From positions 310,001 to 374,000 of the forward strand of contig NIVC01000001.1 in assembly GCA_002269645.1 (NCBI GenBank): DNA of 64,000 nucleotides. Reading direction: 5' to 3'. This document shows, piece by piece, positions 37,906 to 49,727 of this stretch (position 1 is its first letter; each line of letters starts with the position of its first letter). The stretch is from Macrostomum lignano. Its lineage: Eukaryota. The notes below the pieces were generated by a model. It made no database searches. It was not told the DNA's origin and saw nothing but the letters and a program-made list of their open reading frames with translations. The translations under genes were made by a program, and so were the position numbers.

Positions 37906-39089
37906 TAGACAAAACTAAGTTGCACTAGACAGGTGAAATTTTGAGGTTGAGCATGTATGATTATAATATAAAAGCAAAGATTTATATTATAATATATTAT
38001 TGAATTATTTTATTATATAGCTAGGTTTAATAATGTATATAAAAAGTCCAATAAGTCTTATATGCTAGTTACTATGCTAAAAAACCACAATAATTTGTTT
38101 ATTATGTTCTTATTATACAAAACCTTTGTATGCCAATATTAATATTTGACTTTTTAAGTATGCTTAGTCTAAGCTAAGTCAGAAATAACAAAAAATGTTG
38201 TATAGTATATATGTATATTTAAAAATATATAATTTATGACTAGACTTTGTATTATATTCTAGGCTATTTATAAGCATTAACTTCAAGATTTCATTAATAT
38301 TAATAGATTATTAATATCATACATGTACAACCTCCCTGATTTATACTAGTTGCGCAACTTACTTTTTGACCTAAAATGTGACTTACCTATGAAAGAAACT
38401 CTAAAGCCAAATTAATATACCATCTTGGGTAAACAAAGACTAACTATGATTATATAATTGGGGCTAAATGCCTTACTATCTAATTAGCACTATGTCTATT
38501 TTCTTGGGTGGGCATTTTTGACTTACCTTGACTAAGCCCCTTGCTAGCTGGTAGATTGGCTAGGTCAACTAACTGTTGCACATGTATAATTAAAATTATA
38601 ATTTTTATGATTTCTCTATAATTTTAGTTACATCTATTAAATTAAACAAATATAAAAAACAAACATATAATAAGGCAAAAAAGCAAAACAACAATGAAAG
38701 AAAGCCAGTATAATATTTGTTGTTGTGTATTTCTTGAGCTTTTGCCATAATTTAGTTGTTAAAACCACAATAGAGTTCATTTTTGTTGTATTTATTAAGC
38801 TTTTCTTTGACAAAGTCTCTAATTTTTAAAGTAGTATCGATAATATGAGCATATCAACTATTTTTTAGGTTTAAAAATGAGTAGCATAATAGAACTGCCA
38901 TTTTGACAGCCAACATGCACCTAGAGGCAACTTGGCTTATTTGTATTGTATAATCTGGCACCGCAGTGCAGTCTTCTTAAAAAAATGACTGCAAAGTGTG
39001 CCGCTTAGTTTTTGCTTACACTTGTCAACTGGTTAGCTAGTGTTGAGCAGTTGTGTGGCTTCTATTCATGCCTCCAGCCACGCCAACCA

Positions 39090-39724
39090 ATGTCGCGCTC
39101 CTGTCGACGCAGTCGCGGCGGAGGAGGGCCGGCGGGCAGCAGCGCCGCTGATAATGTCGGCGGCGGCAGAGGCTCCGTTGTCTTTGCAATGCGCGACTTC
39201 TTTCGTCAGATTGGCAGCAGCGGCAGCGGAGACAGCAGAAAGCGGTCTAAAAAGTCAACAGCTTCAGCACCGTCAGGCCCAGCCAGCAGCAGCAGCGCCG
39301 CTGTCCCCGGACCTTCAGGATTGTCCACAGCCGCCGCCGCCGCTGCCGCCAATTCAGCGTCAAGCGACTCCATCGCATCCGGATGCCCCGAGCAGCGCCG
39401 GAGTCCAGCCGCCGCATTCGCGGACATCGCCGGCCTGGTGGAGTGTCCGGTGTGCACCGAGAGCCTGCCGCTGGCCCAGTTCCCTCCTATGCTGCTGGAC
39501 TGCGACCACTTCGCCTGCCACGCCTGCCTGCGCACCAGCCTGCGCCTCTGCATCTCCGAAGGTCTGCCGGCCACCTGCCTGTCCTGCAACAACCGGCTGC
39601 ACCCGGCCGATGTGGATTCCATCGTTGACGAAGAGCGGCTCCGGCTGAAGTACGAGCAGTTCACCCTGCGCCGCGTGCTGGCCGCCGATCCTGACTGCCG
39701 CTGGTGCCCGGCGCCCGACTGCAA
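39090..39724 (+). CDS. RNF19A: RBR E3 ubiquitin ligase RNF19-like, exon 1 (RING1 and start of IBR)
   Basis: CPVCTESL...CDHFACHACL...CLSC (RING1) and LRRVLAADPDCRWCPAPDC; donor AA|GTGAGC, phase 2. Confidence 0.92.
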
Positions 39725-39779
39725 GTGAGCGATGCGGCTGTTCGCTGCCTTCGAACTGCAGAATTTCCCCTGTCTCAGC

Positions 39780-40105
39780 CTCAGTTGCTGGGCCCCCTCC
39801 AGCCTCCCAGATCCTTAGTTGCTGAGCTAGCCTTATAGATCCTCAGTTGCTGGGCCACCGTCCCCATCTCAGATCCCCAGTTGCTGGGCCAGCCTCCCAG
39901 ATCCTCAGTTGCTGTGCCAGCCTCCCAGATCCTCAGTTGCTTGGCCAGCCTCCCAGATCCCCAGTTGCTGGGCCAGCCTCCCAGATCCTCAGTTGCTGTG
40001 CCAGCCTCCCAGATCCTCAGTTGCTTGGCCACCCTCCCCAGATCCTCAGTTGCTGGGTCAGCCTCCCAGATCCTCAGTTGCTGGGCCAGCCTCCCAGATC
40101 CTCAG
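39780..40105. repeat. Minisatellite, 28-bp unit (RNF19 intron 1)
   Basis: GGGCCAGCCTCCCAGATCCTCAGTTGCT. Confidence 0.95.
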
Positions 40106-40175
40106 CTGTTCAGTGCACCGGCAAGCAACCCATTCTCACCGCGGCGGTTCGCACTGGCCTTCTTCCCCATCGCAG

Positions 40176-40728
40176 ATACGCGGTCATCGCCACTGGCTGC
40201 GCCAGCTGTCCCCAACTCCAGTGCCCGGTTTGCCGCATCCAGTTCTGCTACCACTGCAAGACCGAATGGCATCCCAGCACCACGTGCGAGCAGGCCAGGA
40301 TCGAGCGCCAGACGGCCGAAGTGCTGGCGGCCGCCAGGGCTGGCGCAGACATCCTGTCCCTGTCCTCGCGCTCGGAGTCCATCGCTGAAATCAAGCAGTG
40401 CCCCCGCTGCGCCACCTACATTACCAAGGAGAATGACGGCAGCTGCAACCACATGCGCTGCAAGATGTGCGGCTCAGAATTCTGCTGGCTATGCCGAAAG
40501 GAGATCACGGATCTGCACTATCTCAGCCCCAGCGGCTGCACTTTCTGGGGCAAGAAGCCCTGGTCTAGGAAGAAGAAAATCCTTTGGCAGCTGGGAACTC
40601 TGATTGGCGCTCCCATTGGTATAGCACTGCTGGCCGGCCTGGCTGTGCCAGCCATCACCATGGGTGTCCCGGTCTGGGTTGGTCAGCAGGTTAACAATAG
40701 ACTGAAGCGGGGCGATGGACTGCTTCGG
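40176..40728 (+). CDS. RNF19A: RNF19-like, exon 2 (IBR, RING2, TM1)
   Basis: [12 protein letters not shown]...FCYHCK.EWH...C; CPRC...[57 protein letters not shown], a near-diagnostic RNF19 motif. Catalytic SCNH present. Donor CGG|GTGAGT. Confidence 0.95.
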
Positions 40729-40744
40729 GTGAGTGCTTTGGTGT

Positions 40745-41920
40745 ACTTTAATCCCCGATCCTCCAGTTCCGCTTCAATCCCCGATCCTCCAGTTCCGCTT
40801 CAATCCCCGATCCTTCAGTTCCGCTTCAATCCCCGATCCTTCAGTTCCGCTCCAATCCCCGATCCTTCAGTTCCGCTTCAATCCCCGATCCTTCAGTTCC
40901 GCTCCAATCCCCAATCCTTCAGTTCCGCTCCAATCCCCGATCCTTCAGTTCCACTTCAATCCCCGATCCTTCAGTTCCGCTTCAATCCCCGATCCTTCAG
41001 TTCCACTTCAATCCCCGATCCTTCAGTTCCGCTTCAATCCCCGATCCTTCAGTTCCGCTTCAGTCCCCGATCCTTCAGTTCCGCTTCAATCCCCGATCCT
41101 TCAGTTCCGCTTCAATCCCCGATCCTTCAGTTCCGCTTCAATCCCCGATCCTTCAGTTCCACTTCAATCCCCGATCCTTCAGTTCCACTTTAATCCCCGA
41201 TCCTTCAGTTCCGCTTCAATCCCCGATCCTTCAGTTCTACTTCAATCCCCGATCCTTCAGTTCCACTTCAATCCCCGATCCTTCAGTTCCACTTTAATCC
41301 CCGATCCTTCAGTTCCACTTCAATCCCCGATCCTTCAGTTCTACTTCAATCCCCGATCCTTCAGTTCTACTTCAATCCCCGATCCTTCAGTTCTACTTCA
41401 ATCCCCGATCCTTCAGTTCCGCTTCAATCCCCGATCCTTCAGTTCTACTTCAATCCCCGATCCTTCAGTTCCACTTCAATCCCCGATCCTTCAGTTCCAC
41501 TTCAATCCCCGATCCTTCAGTTCCGCTTCAATCCCCGATCCTTCAGTTCTACTTCAATCCCCGATCCTTCAGTTCCACTTCAATCCCCGATCCTTCAGTT
41601 CCACTTCAATCCCCGATCCTTCAGTTCTACTTCAATCCCCGATCCTTCAGTTCCACTTCAATACCCGATCCTTCAGTTCCGCTTTAATCCCCGATCCTTC
41701 AGTTCCGCTTTAATCCCCGATCCTTCAGTTCCACTTCAATCCCCGATCCTTCAGTTCCGCTTCAATCCCCGATCCTTCAGTTCCGCTTTAATCCCCGATC
41801 CTTCAGTTCCACTTCAATCCCCGATCCTTCAGTTCCGCTCCAATCCCCGATCCTTCAGTTCCACTTCAATCCCCGATCCTTCAGTTCTACTTCAATCCCC
41901 GATCCTTCAGTTCCGCTTCA
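40745..41920. repeat. Minisatellite, 26-bp unit (RNF19 intron 2)
   Basis: TTCAATCCCCGATCCTTCAGTTCCGC. Confidence 0.97.
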
Positions 41921-42230
41921 GTCACCTGAATCAATCAGCCTCAGTCACCTGAATCAATCAGCCTCAGTCACCTGAATCAATCAGCCTCAGTCACCTGAAT
42001 CAATCAGCCTCAGTCACCTGAATCAATCAGCCTCAGTCACCTGAATCAATCAGCCTCAGTCACCTGAATCAATCAGCCTCAGTCACCTGAATCAATCAGC
42101 CTCAGTCACCTGAATCAATCAGCCTCAGTCACCTGAATCAATCAGCCTCAGTCACCTGAATCAATCAGCCTCAGTCACCTGAATCAATCAGCCTCAGTCA
42201 CCTGAATCAATCAGCCTCAGTCACCTGAAT
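41918..42230. repeat. Minisatellite, 23-bp unit, perfect copies (RNF19 intron 2)
   Basis: TCAGTCACCTGAATCAATCAGCC. Confidence 0.97.
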
Positions 42231-42253
42231 CCCAGCAACCCCTCTGCCCTAAG

Positions 42254-43207
42254 CAGCGCAGCCGGGCCAGACGGCACTGCCTAGTAACTGTGGCTGTGTG
42301 CGGCAGCGCCCTCCTATCGCCGGTAGTAGCGGTGCTCAGCGTGGGAGTGTCGGTGCCGATCCTGCTGGCCTACGTGTACGGCGTGGTCCCCGTGTCGCTG
42401 TGCCGCTCCAACGGCTGCGGCATCCTGCAGGATGAGGATACCGAATACGACGACGAAGACATGGAGCTCCACGGCACTGCGGATGCCGACCAGGGCCTGT
42501 CGTTCAGCAGTCCAAGCGGCTCAAGGCCCGTCGTAGACCTGATGGCGGGGCATCGCGGAGGCGGCGCCGGCGGGAATTCCTTTGCCGCCGGCTCGACATC
42601 AGGCGCCGTGGCCCCGGCGGCATCTGTGGAACGCGATCTGGCCAGCGGCTGCTCGCAGGCAGACTCGCAGACCGAGGAGTCCATCAGCCTGGTGCTGGTG
42701 TCCTCCGGCCGTGAGGCCAAAGTTGCCGCCGCCGGTGCCGCCGCCTCGGCCGCTGCGGTCGCCCTGCAGCAGCAGAAAAAGCAGAATCTGCAACAGAAAT
42801 TGAAAAAGCAGCAATGGGAGGACGAGTCGCACGGCCCGCTGCTGCTGCAGGACCAGCAGTCTGACGGATCCAATTCTATCGTATCCTTCAGCCTCGTTGC
42901 CAGCGGCTGCAGCTCCGGCCGGCAGCGCCATCCCGCATCTTCATCGTCAAGATGTCACCAGCAGCATCATCAGCATCATCATCATCAACAGCAGCAGCAG
43001 ATGACTCAAGCAGAAGTCCTGGCCCATAATCAGCACTGTTCCAATGCCAACTCGGCAACAGGAGCATCAGCTGCTGCCACTGGCTGTCGCGTTGGCAGCT
43101 TTGAATCGCTTGACGATAAGCGCAGTTGCTCTCTGTCTGTGTACACCGTGGACACTAACGATGCGAGCATGCTGGGACTGACTGGCAGCATTGCGGGCGG
43201 TCGGTGA
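42254..43207 (+). CDS. RNF19A: RNF19-like, exon 3 (TM2 and low-complexity tail)
   Basis: Acceptor CCCTAAG|CAG; SPVVAVLSVGVSVPILLAYVYGVVPVSLCRSNGCG matches RNF19 TM2; TGA at 43205-43207. Confidence 0.9.
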   Translation, partial: QRSRARRHCLVTVAVCGSALLSPVVAVLSVGVSVPILLAYVYGVVPVSLCRSNGCGILQDEDTEYDDEDMELHGTADADQGLSFSSPSGSRPVVDLMAGHRGGGAGGNSFAAGSTSGAVAPAASVERDLASGCSQADSQTEESISLVLVSSGREAKVAAAGAAASAAAVALQQQKKQNLQQKLKKQQWEDESHGPLLLQDQQSDGSNSIVSFSLVASGCSSGRQRHPASSSSRCHQQHHQHHHHQQQQQMTQAEVLAHNQHCSNANSATGASAAATGCRVGSFESLDDKRSCSLSVYTVDTNDASMLGLTGSIAGGR

Positions 43208-43276
43208 GTTGCCGGGCTATCCAAGTATTATTGTTGTGTCGTGGCTGATTTATACGAGTGAAAACATTATATTGGT

Positions 43277-43590
43277 ACTATCAGTAGAGTATTAAAGACA
43301 TCATGGTTTAGATTTAACGTATTTTTCTTGTATTTCTACTATCAGTAAAGGATTAAAGAGATTATATTTTAGATTTAACGTATTTTCCTTATATTTCTAC
43401 TATCAGTAGAGGATTAAAGACATTATGTTTTAGATTTAACGTATTTTCCTTATATTTCTACTATCAGTAGAGTACTAAAGAGATTATATTTTAGATTTAA
43501 CGTATTTTTTTATTTATACTATCAGTAGAGTACTAAAGAGATTATATTTTAGATTTAACGTATTTTTTTATTTCTACTATCAGTAGGGTA
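43277..43590. repeat. AT-rich ~60-bp tandem repeat, 5-6 copies
   Basis: TACTATCAGTAG...TTTAGATTTAACGTATTTT recurs about every 60 bp. Confidence 0.85.
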
Positions 43591-44244
43591 TTATTACTTG
43601 TTATAGATGTGCTTTTTACTCTTAAGTAAATTCTTGTTTTTACTCTAATTAAACAGGGATTAGCTCGTATTGGTTTGGTATAACAGCTTCTCTACTTTTA
43701 GTTCGATAGCAAGGAAGATTGAATGTACATTAGCCAGCACCAATGAGAATGTACATAACGGCTAATTAGGCTGGGACCGCCGGGAAAGGCAATAAAATTT
43801 GTGCGGTGGAGAGCTGGGGTAGAGATTTTGTGTGGAGAGGGGGTCAAGCTAGGGGATAAGAGGGCTAAAAATTAGCGCTGCGCCTGTCTTTAAAAAATGC
43901 GTTAAAATGCTTTTTACTTAATTTACTACTGAACTGACAGTAGCTTACACGCAAATGTGCAGAGTGGCCACATCTGGTTATTCTGGTATCTGCGCTTCTA
44001 TCATCTTATTTCAATGGTCAGGTTGTAAGCTAAGTTGGATAATAGAGTATTTATCACCGGCGCTGCAAGTTAAGCAAAGTTGGTTATGGTTAGTACGCAG
44101 CTGAATAGGCTGCTTGCATCGTCTTTCTTAAGGTGGGTGGATTAATTTTTATCAAAGCGATACTTGGTATTTATATGTAACTTAGGCGTCCTAGAAGTCA
44201 TAAAAAGTACATTTCCGATGGCAAATAACCGTCGCACCGCCCAG

Positions 44245-44500
44245 GGACCCAGACGGCAAGAGCATCAGCATCATTAGCGAGGACCGGCAGCCGATTGAAC
44301 TGCCGACAGCTCAGACTCAGACTCACAATCAGTTAGCAAACTGCGATGCTGCAGCTGGCGAATCAGCCATGGCAACTGTTGCTATGGACGCCAGCGATTC
44401 GGCTTGTCGTCGCTGTTCTTTAAGTGCAGCATCAGCTGGCAATGGGAAAGATCAGGTGGTCGATGAGGCTGCGGAGAGTGAGTTCTCTGCAAGTGGCTGA
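44245..44500 (+). CDS. Possible additional terminal exon of the RNF19-like gene
   Basis: The donor CG|GTGAGT at 43203 overlaps the stop codon. The acceptor GCCCAG|G gives an in-phase 85-codon frame DPDGKSISIISEDRQPIELP...SEFSASG*. Confidence 0.5.
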
Positions 44501-44559
44501 GCTGGAGTCCGGGACTGAATTGATAGTGCGATCTAATGCGTGTAATTTACCGAATAAAT

Positions 44560-45018
44560 CCTCAGTTGCTGGGCCAGCCTCCCAGATCCTCAGTTGCTGG
44601 GTCAGCCTCCCAGATCCTCAGTTGCTGGGTCAGCCTCCCAGATCCTCAGTTGCTGGGCCAGCCTCCCAGATCCTCAGTTGCTGGGCCAGCCTCCCAGATC
44701 CCCACTTGCTGGGCCACCAACCTCCCAGATCCTCAGTTGCTGGGCCAGCCTCCCAGATCCTCAGTTGCTGGGCCAGCCTTCCAGATCCTCAGTTGCTGGG
44801 TCAGCCTCCCAGATCCTCAGTTGCTGGGCCAGCCTCCCAGATCCTCAGTTGCTGGGTCAGCCTCCCAGATCCTCAGTTGCTGGGCCAGCCTCTCAGATCC
44901 CCAGTTGCTGAGCCAGCCTCCCAGATCCCCAGTTGCTGGGCCAGCCTCCCAGATCCTCAGTTGCTGGGTCAGCCTCCCAGATCCTCAGTTGCTGGCCCAG
45001 CCTCCCAGATCCTCAGTT
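44560..45018. repeat. Minisatellite, 28-bp unit (same family as RNF19 intron 1)
   Basis: Same consensus unit and orientation as 39780-40105. Confidence 0.95.
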
Positions 45019-45514
45019 GTAAATTTGTAAGCCACTGAGATCTGCTGCTATTATTTGTGCAATTTGTAATTAAGTGTAGCAATTTTTTGCTTGATTTGCA
45101 ACTTTTCGATGTTTACTATTAGTAGTGTGTGCGTTGCGCGTTGATTAAATAAAGTGCGAGTTAAAAATATATTGCATATTGAACAGCGATAATAGTTGGG
45201 TTGAGTCATGCTTCGCATTTGTCTATATTATCACCTGCGTTCTGATTAGCCCATCTAGTTGATCCATCCTTGTTGTGTCTACAATGCGTCCGCAGTATCA
45301 TGCTTATAAACTGTTGAAATTGGATTTTTTCATTTTTTCAGATTTTCTCGCAAGGTTAACAAGCGAAATTCGGGTATATGTTTATGACTAGTATATTTAT
45401 ATATTTACCTGCGAGTAATTCCTGTAAAACATTTTCTATGCTACAACTGCTTGCTTTTTACAAAGCAATGAGATTTTTTCAAATGGATAATTCAGGGTGT
45501 CTGCTTTGTCAACC

Positions 45515-46480
45515 TGGTGTCAGTGTCTTTGTGTCTGTCAGTGTGTCTTTGTGCCTGTCAGTGTGTCTTTGTGTCTGTCAGTGTGTCTTTGTGCCTGTCA
45601 GTGTCTTTGTGTCTGTCAGTGTGTCTTTGTGTCTGTCAGTGTGTCTTTGTGTCTGTCAGTGTGTCTTTGTGTCTGTCAGTGTGTCTTTGTGCCTGTCAGT
45701 GTGTCTTTGTGTCTGTCAGTGTGTCTTTGTGCCTGTCGGTGTGTCTTTGTGCCTGTCAGTGTGTCTTTGTGTCTGTCAGTGTGTCTTTGTGCCTGTCAGT
45801 GTGTCTTTGTGTCTGTCAGTGTGTCTTTGTGCCTGTCAGTGTGTCTTTGTGTCTGTCAGTGTGTCTTTGTGCCTGTCAGTGTGTCTTTGCGTCTGTCAGT
45901 GTGTCTTTGTGTCTGTCAGTGTGTCTTTGTGTCTGTCAGTGTGTCTTTGTGTCTGTCAGTGTGTCTTTGTGCCTGTCAGTGTGTCTTTGTGTCTGTCAGT
46001 GTCTTTGTGCCTGTCAGTGTGTCTTTGTGTCTGTCAGTGTGTCTTTGTGTCTGTCAGTGTGTCTTTGTGTCTGTCAGTGTGTCTTTGTGCCTGTCAGTGT
46101 GTCTTTGTGTCTGTCAGTGTCTTTGTGCCTGTCAGTGTGTCTTTGTGTCTGTCAGTGTCTTTGTGTCTGTCAGTGTGTCTTTGTGTCTGTCAGTGTGTCT
46201 TTGTGTCTGTCAGTGTGTCTTTGTGCCTGTCAGTGTGTCTTTGTGCCTGTCAGTGTATCTTTGTGTCTGTCAGTGTCTTTGTTCCTGTCAGTGTGTCTTT
46301 GTGTCTGTCAGTGTCTTTGTTCCTGTCAGTGTGTCTTTGTGCCTGTCGGTGTGTCTTTGTGCCTGTCAGTGTGTTTTGTGTGTGTCTGTGTATTTGTGTT
46401 TGTCACTGTGTCTTTGTGTTTATCAGTATGTCTTTGTGTCTGTCAATGTATTGTGTCTGTCAGTATGTCTTTGTGTTGTC
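45515..46480. repeat. Minisatellite, 18-20-bp unit
   Basis: GTGTCTTTGTGTCTGTCAGT. Confidence 0.95.
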
Positions 46481-47084
46481 GGATAACGCCCTATCCCGTC
46501 CGCTTGTTGCGGTCTTTGTTTTTATTACGCAGAGGCGATTTATAAATCAGCTATTTTCTATGCCTATTTACATGCGGATTTTGTTCAATCCAATAATGGT
46601 CAGTCGTAGCTTCGTACAATTTGTTCAACTGCGCAATGCTACATAGATATATTAAGTCTCATAAAGCCTCAATTTGCGAAATCCACATCAAGAGCATTCG
46701 CCTTTATCTTTGCCTGTTTTGTACCTGTCACTGTCTGTGTTTTTTGGCTAAAGTAGAAATTAATGTTGTGTATAAATATAACTCTACACAGCTGTATAAA
46801 GCTAGTGCATATATGCTCTATTTAATTATTGTGTATAGGGCCTGTTGTATCTTTTAAGTTCTGTCGGATATTTCTCAAATTATTTTTTCTCTCCATATTT
46901 GTTGTTTTTGTGGGTTTTGTGAACAAAGTTTTATATTTATACACTATACAATACAGATAGTGGGCTAAATTCGATTGCAATGCTGCATAAATTTAATTTT
47001 CGCGTCCTACACTACTCTTATATGCCTTTTGGTCGTTGTTTCTTTGACTTCTTTATTTCGGCAAGGTATATTTTTCGGTGATTG

Positions 47085-47805
47085 AGTGAGGTTGGTGACT
47101 TAGTGAGGGGAAGTGAGGTGGGTGACTTAGTGGGGGAGTGAGGTGGGTGATGTAGTACATGTAGGGGAGTGAGGTGGGTGATTTAGTAGGGGAGTGAGGT
47201 GGCTGATTTAGTAGGGGAGTGAGGTGGGTGATTTAGTGGGGAGTGAGGTGGGTGATTTAGTGGGGAAGTGAGGTGGGTGATTTAGTGGAGGAGTGAGGTG
47301 GGTGATTTGGTGAGGTAGTGAGGTGGGTGATTTGGTGAGGGAGTGAGGTGGGTGATTTGGTGAGGTAGTGAGGTGGGTGATTTGGTGAGGGAGTGAGGTG
47401 GGTGATTTGGTGAGGGAGTGAGGTGGGTGATTTGGTGAGGTAGTGAGGTGGGTGATTTGGTGAGGGAGTGAGGTGGGTGATTTGGTGAGGGAGTGAGGTG
47501 GGTGATTTGGTGAGGGAGTGAGGTGGGTGATTTGGTGAGGGAGTGAGGTGGGTGATTTGGTGAGGGAGTGAGGTGGGTGATTTGGTGAGGGAGTGAGGTG
47601 GGTGATTTGGTGAGGAAGTGAGGTGGGTGATTTGGTGAGGGAGTGAGGTGGGTGATTTGGTGAGGGAGTGAGGTGGGTGATTTGGTGAGGGAGTGAGGTG
47701 GGTGATTTGGTGAGGGAGTGAGGTGGGTGATTTGGTGAGGGAGTGAGGTGGGTAATTTGGTGAGGGAGTGAGGTGGGTGATTTGGTGAGGGAGTGAGGTG
47801 GGTGA
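47085..47805. repeat. G-rich minisatellite, 25-bp unit
   Basis: GAGTGAGGTGGGTGATTTGGTGAGG. Confidence 0.95.
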
Positions 47806-47927
47806 TTCGTGATAATTGAGCGTAGCGTAAGTCTATGGAGTCGCATTGGGAAGACTGAAGACGTCATGATGGTACAGGTCAGCATTGCAGACATTAAGTA
47901 GCAATTGTTGCTCATCAAACATTGCAG

Positions 47928-48057
47928 CATGCGTTAGCTGCCATCGGGCTGCGCGTGGCACCCAGTTTAAATAAGGCGGTCGCCTTAACGACTGTCGTCA
48001 GGTGCAAATTTGGATCCGCCTCCGTCATACAATGGGATAATCCAGCTTTTGACAAAG
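47928..48057 (+). CDS. Possible upstream exon of the unidentified gene
   Basis: Acceptor TTGCAG|CAT; open frame HALAAIGLRVAPSLNKAV...WDNPAFDK; a weak phase-1 donor AAG|GTTGGG fits the next exon. Confidence 0.3.
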
Positions 48058-48124
48058 GTTGGGAAAGCTTTTTTAGCGCAACTTTGCTGGGTCATGCCGT
48101 TTTTAGGTTATCCTGACTACAAGT

Positions 48125-48880
48125 AGATTAGCAATCCATTCTATTCCTGCATCCTCATTGGCTAGATTAGCAATCCATTCTATTCCTGCATCCTCATTGG
48201 CTAGATTAGCAATCCATTCTATTCCTGCATCCTCATTGGCTAGATTAGCAATCCATTCTATTCCTGCATCCTTGTGGGCTAGATTAGCAATCCATTCTAT
48301 TTCTGCATCCTTGTGGGCTAGATTAGCAATCCATTCTATTCCTGCATCCTTGTGGGCTAGATTAGCAATCCATTCTATTCCTGCATCCTTGTGGGCTAGA
48401 TTAGCAATCCATTCTATTCCTGCATCCTTGTGGGCTAGATTAGCAATCCATTCTATTCCTGCATCCTTGTGGGCTAGATTAGCAATCCATTCTATTCCTG
48501 CACCCTTGTGGGCTAGATTAGCAATCCATTCTATTCCTGCATCCTTGTGGGCTAGATTAGGAATCCATTCTATTCCTGCATCCTTGTGGGCTAGATTAGC
48601 AATCCATTCTATTCCTGCACCCTTGTGGGCTAGATTAGCAATCCATTCTATTCCTGCATCCTTGTGGGCTAGATTAGCAATCCATTCTATTCCTGCATCC
48701 TTGTGGGCTAGATTAGCAATCCATTCTATTCCTGCACCCTTGTGGGCTAGATTAGCAATCCATTCTATTCCTGCACCCTTGTGGGCTAGATTAGCAATCC
48801 ATTCTATTCCTGCATCCTTGTGGGCTAGATTAGCAATCCATTCTATTCCTGCATCCTCATTAGCTAGATTAGCAATCCAA
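48125..48880. repeat. Minisatellite, 39-bp unit (same family as 28722-29330)
   Basis: Same consensus and orientation. Confidence 0.97.
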
Positions 48881-48910
48881 TCTGCTGTATCCCACCTGTC
48901 GTGCTTGCAG

Positions 48911-49161
48911 AGCTCAGCTCTTTAGTCCGTGTGACGGACTTCAGCTGCACCGCGGCATCCAACTTAAGCAGCAAATTGGAGGGAGACGACGGCGCTGAGA
49001 GGCGCGCCGAGTCCAAGGAGCCGGATGGCCTCCGGGTTGTTGAGAGCCGCGACTGTCTGGTGTATCACAGCGAGGCGGCCCAGTGCACGGCCAGTTTAGA
49101 GGTGCTGAACAGCGGCCTTCGGGAGCTGACAGCCGCCGGGTGGAGCTTCGGCTTGGTGCAG
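48911..49161 (+). CDS. Unidentified protein, internal exon (ends at a GC donor)
   Basis: Acceptor TTGCAG|AG; ELSSLVRVTDFSC...LEVLNSGLRELTAAGWSFGLVQ; CAG|GCGAGT. Confidence 0.65.
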
Positions 49162-49254
49162 GCGAGTTTGCTGTGTATTTTCCGGGTTCTCTATGAAGAT
49201 GACAGTCAGGAGTTCGGACAGGATTGTAGAGTGGGTTTAGGTACAGTTATTACA

Positions 49255-49430
49255 GGTAGTTCAGGGACGAGTACTTCAGGACGGGTAGTTCAGGACGGGT
49301 AGTTCAGGACGGGTAGTTCAGGACGGGTAGTTCTGGGACGAGTAGTTCAGGGACGAGTAGTTCAGGGACAGGCACTTCAGGGACGGGTAGTTCAGGGACA
49401 GGCACTTCAGGGACGGGTAGTTCAGGGACT
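49255..49430. repeat. Short degenerate minisatellite (GGACGGGTAGTTCAG-like)
   Basis: Direct read; lies within the GC-AG intron. Confidence 0.85.
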
Positions 49431-49460
49431 TGATTCTTTCATTCCCGCCTGGCACCGCAG

Positions 49461-49711
49461 GCCTGTCGGCAGTCGCGGATCGAGCACCGCTACGGCAGGT
49501 CGGGCAGCGCGCACTGGGTGTTCCCTGAGCTGGCCAGCGGCGCCCGACGTTGGTTGAGCGACAGCGACGGCACCCATTTCCCGTTCTATGGCCGCTACTC
49601 CGTTGCCGGGGCGGCCAGGGGCCAGCGGCTGCCGCGCCAGCGAATCCTGCTCAGCCTGCTGGACTCCTTTCACCCCACCGTGAGCTGGCGGCTCACCTGC
49701 GCCAAGGACAG
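49461..49711 (+). CDS. Unidentified protein, internal exon
   Basis: Acceptor CCGCAG|GCC; ACRQSRIEHRYG...HWVFPELA...HFPFYGRY...LLSLLDSFHPTVSWRLTC; donor CAG|GTACGA, phase 2. Strong GC3 bias. Confidence 0.75.
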
Positions 49712-49727
49712 GTACGACACGGCGGGA

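Noticed and set aside
40733-41713. Pro/Ser-rich read-through extension of RNF19 exon 2
   Set aside because: It is intronic 26-bp repeat; the conserved TM2 motif resumes at 42254 after a canonical GT-AG intron.
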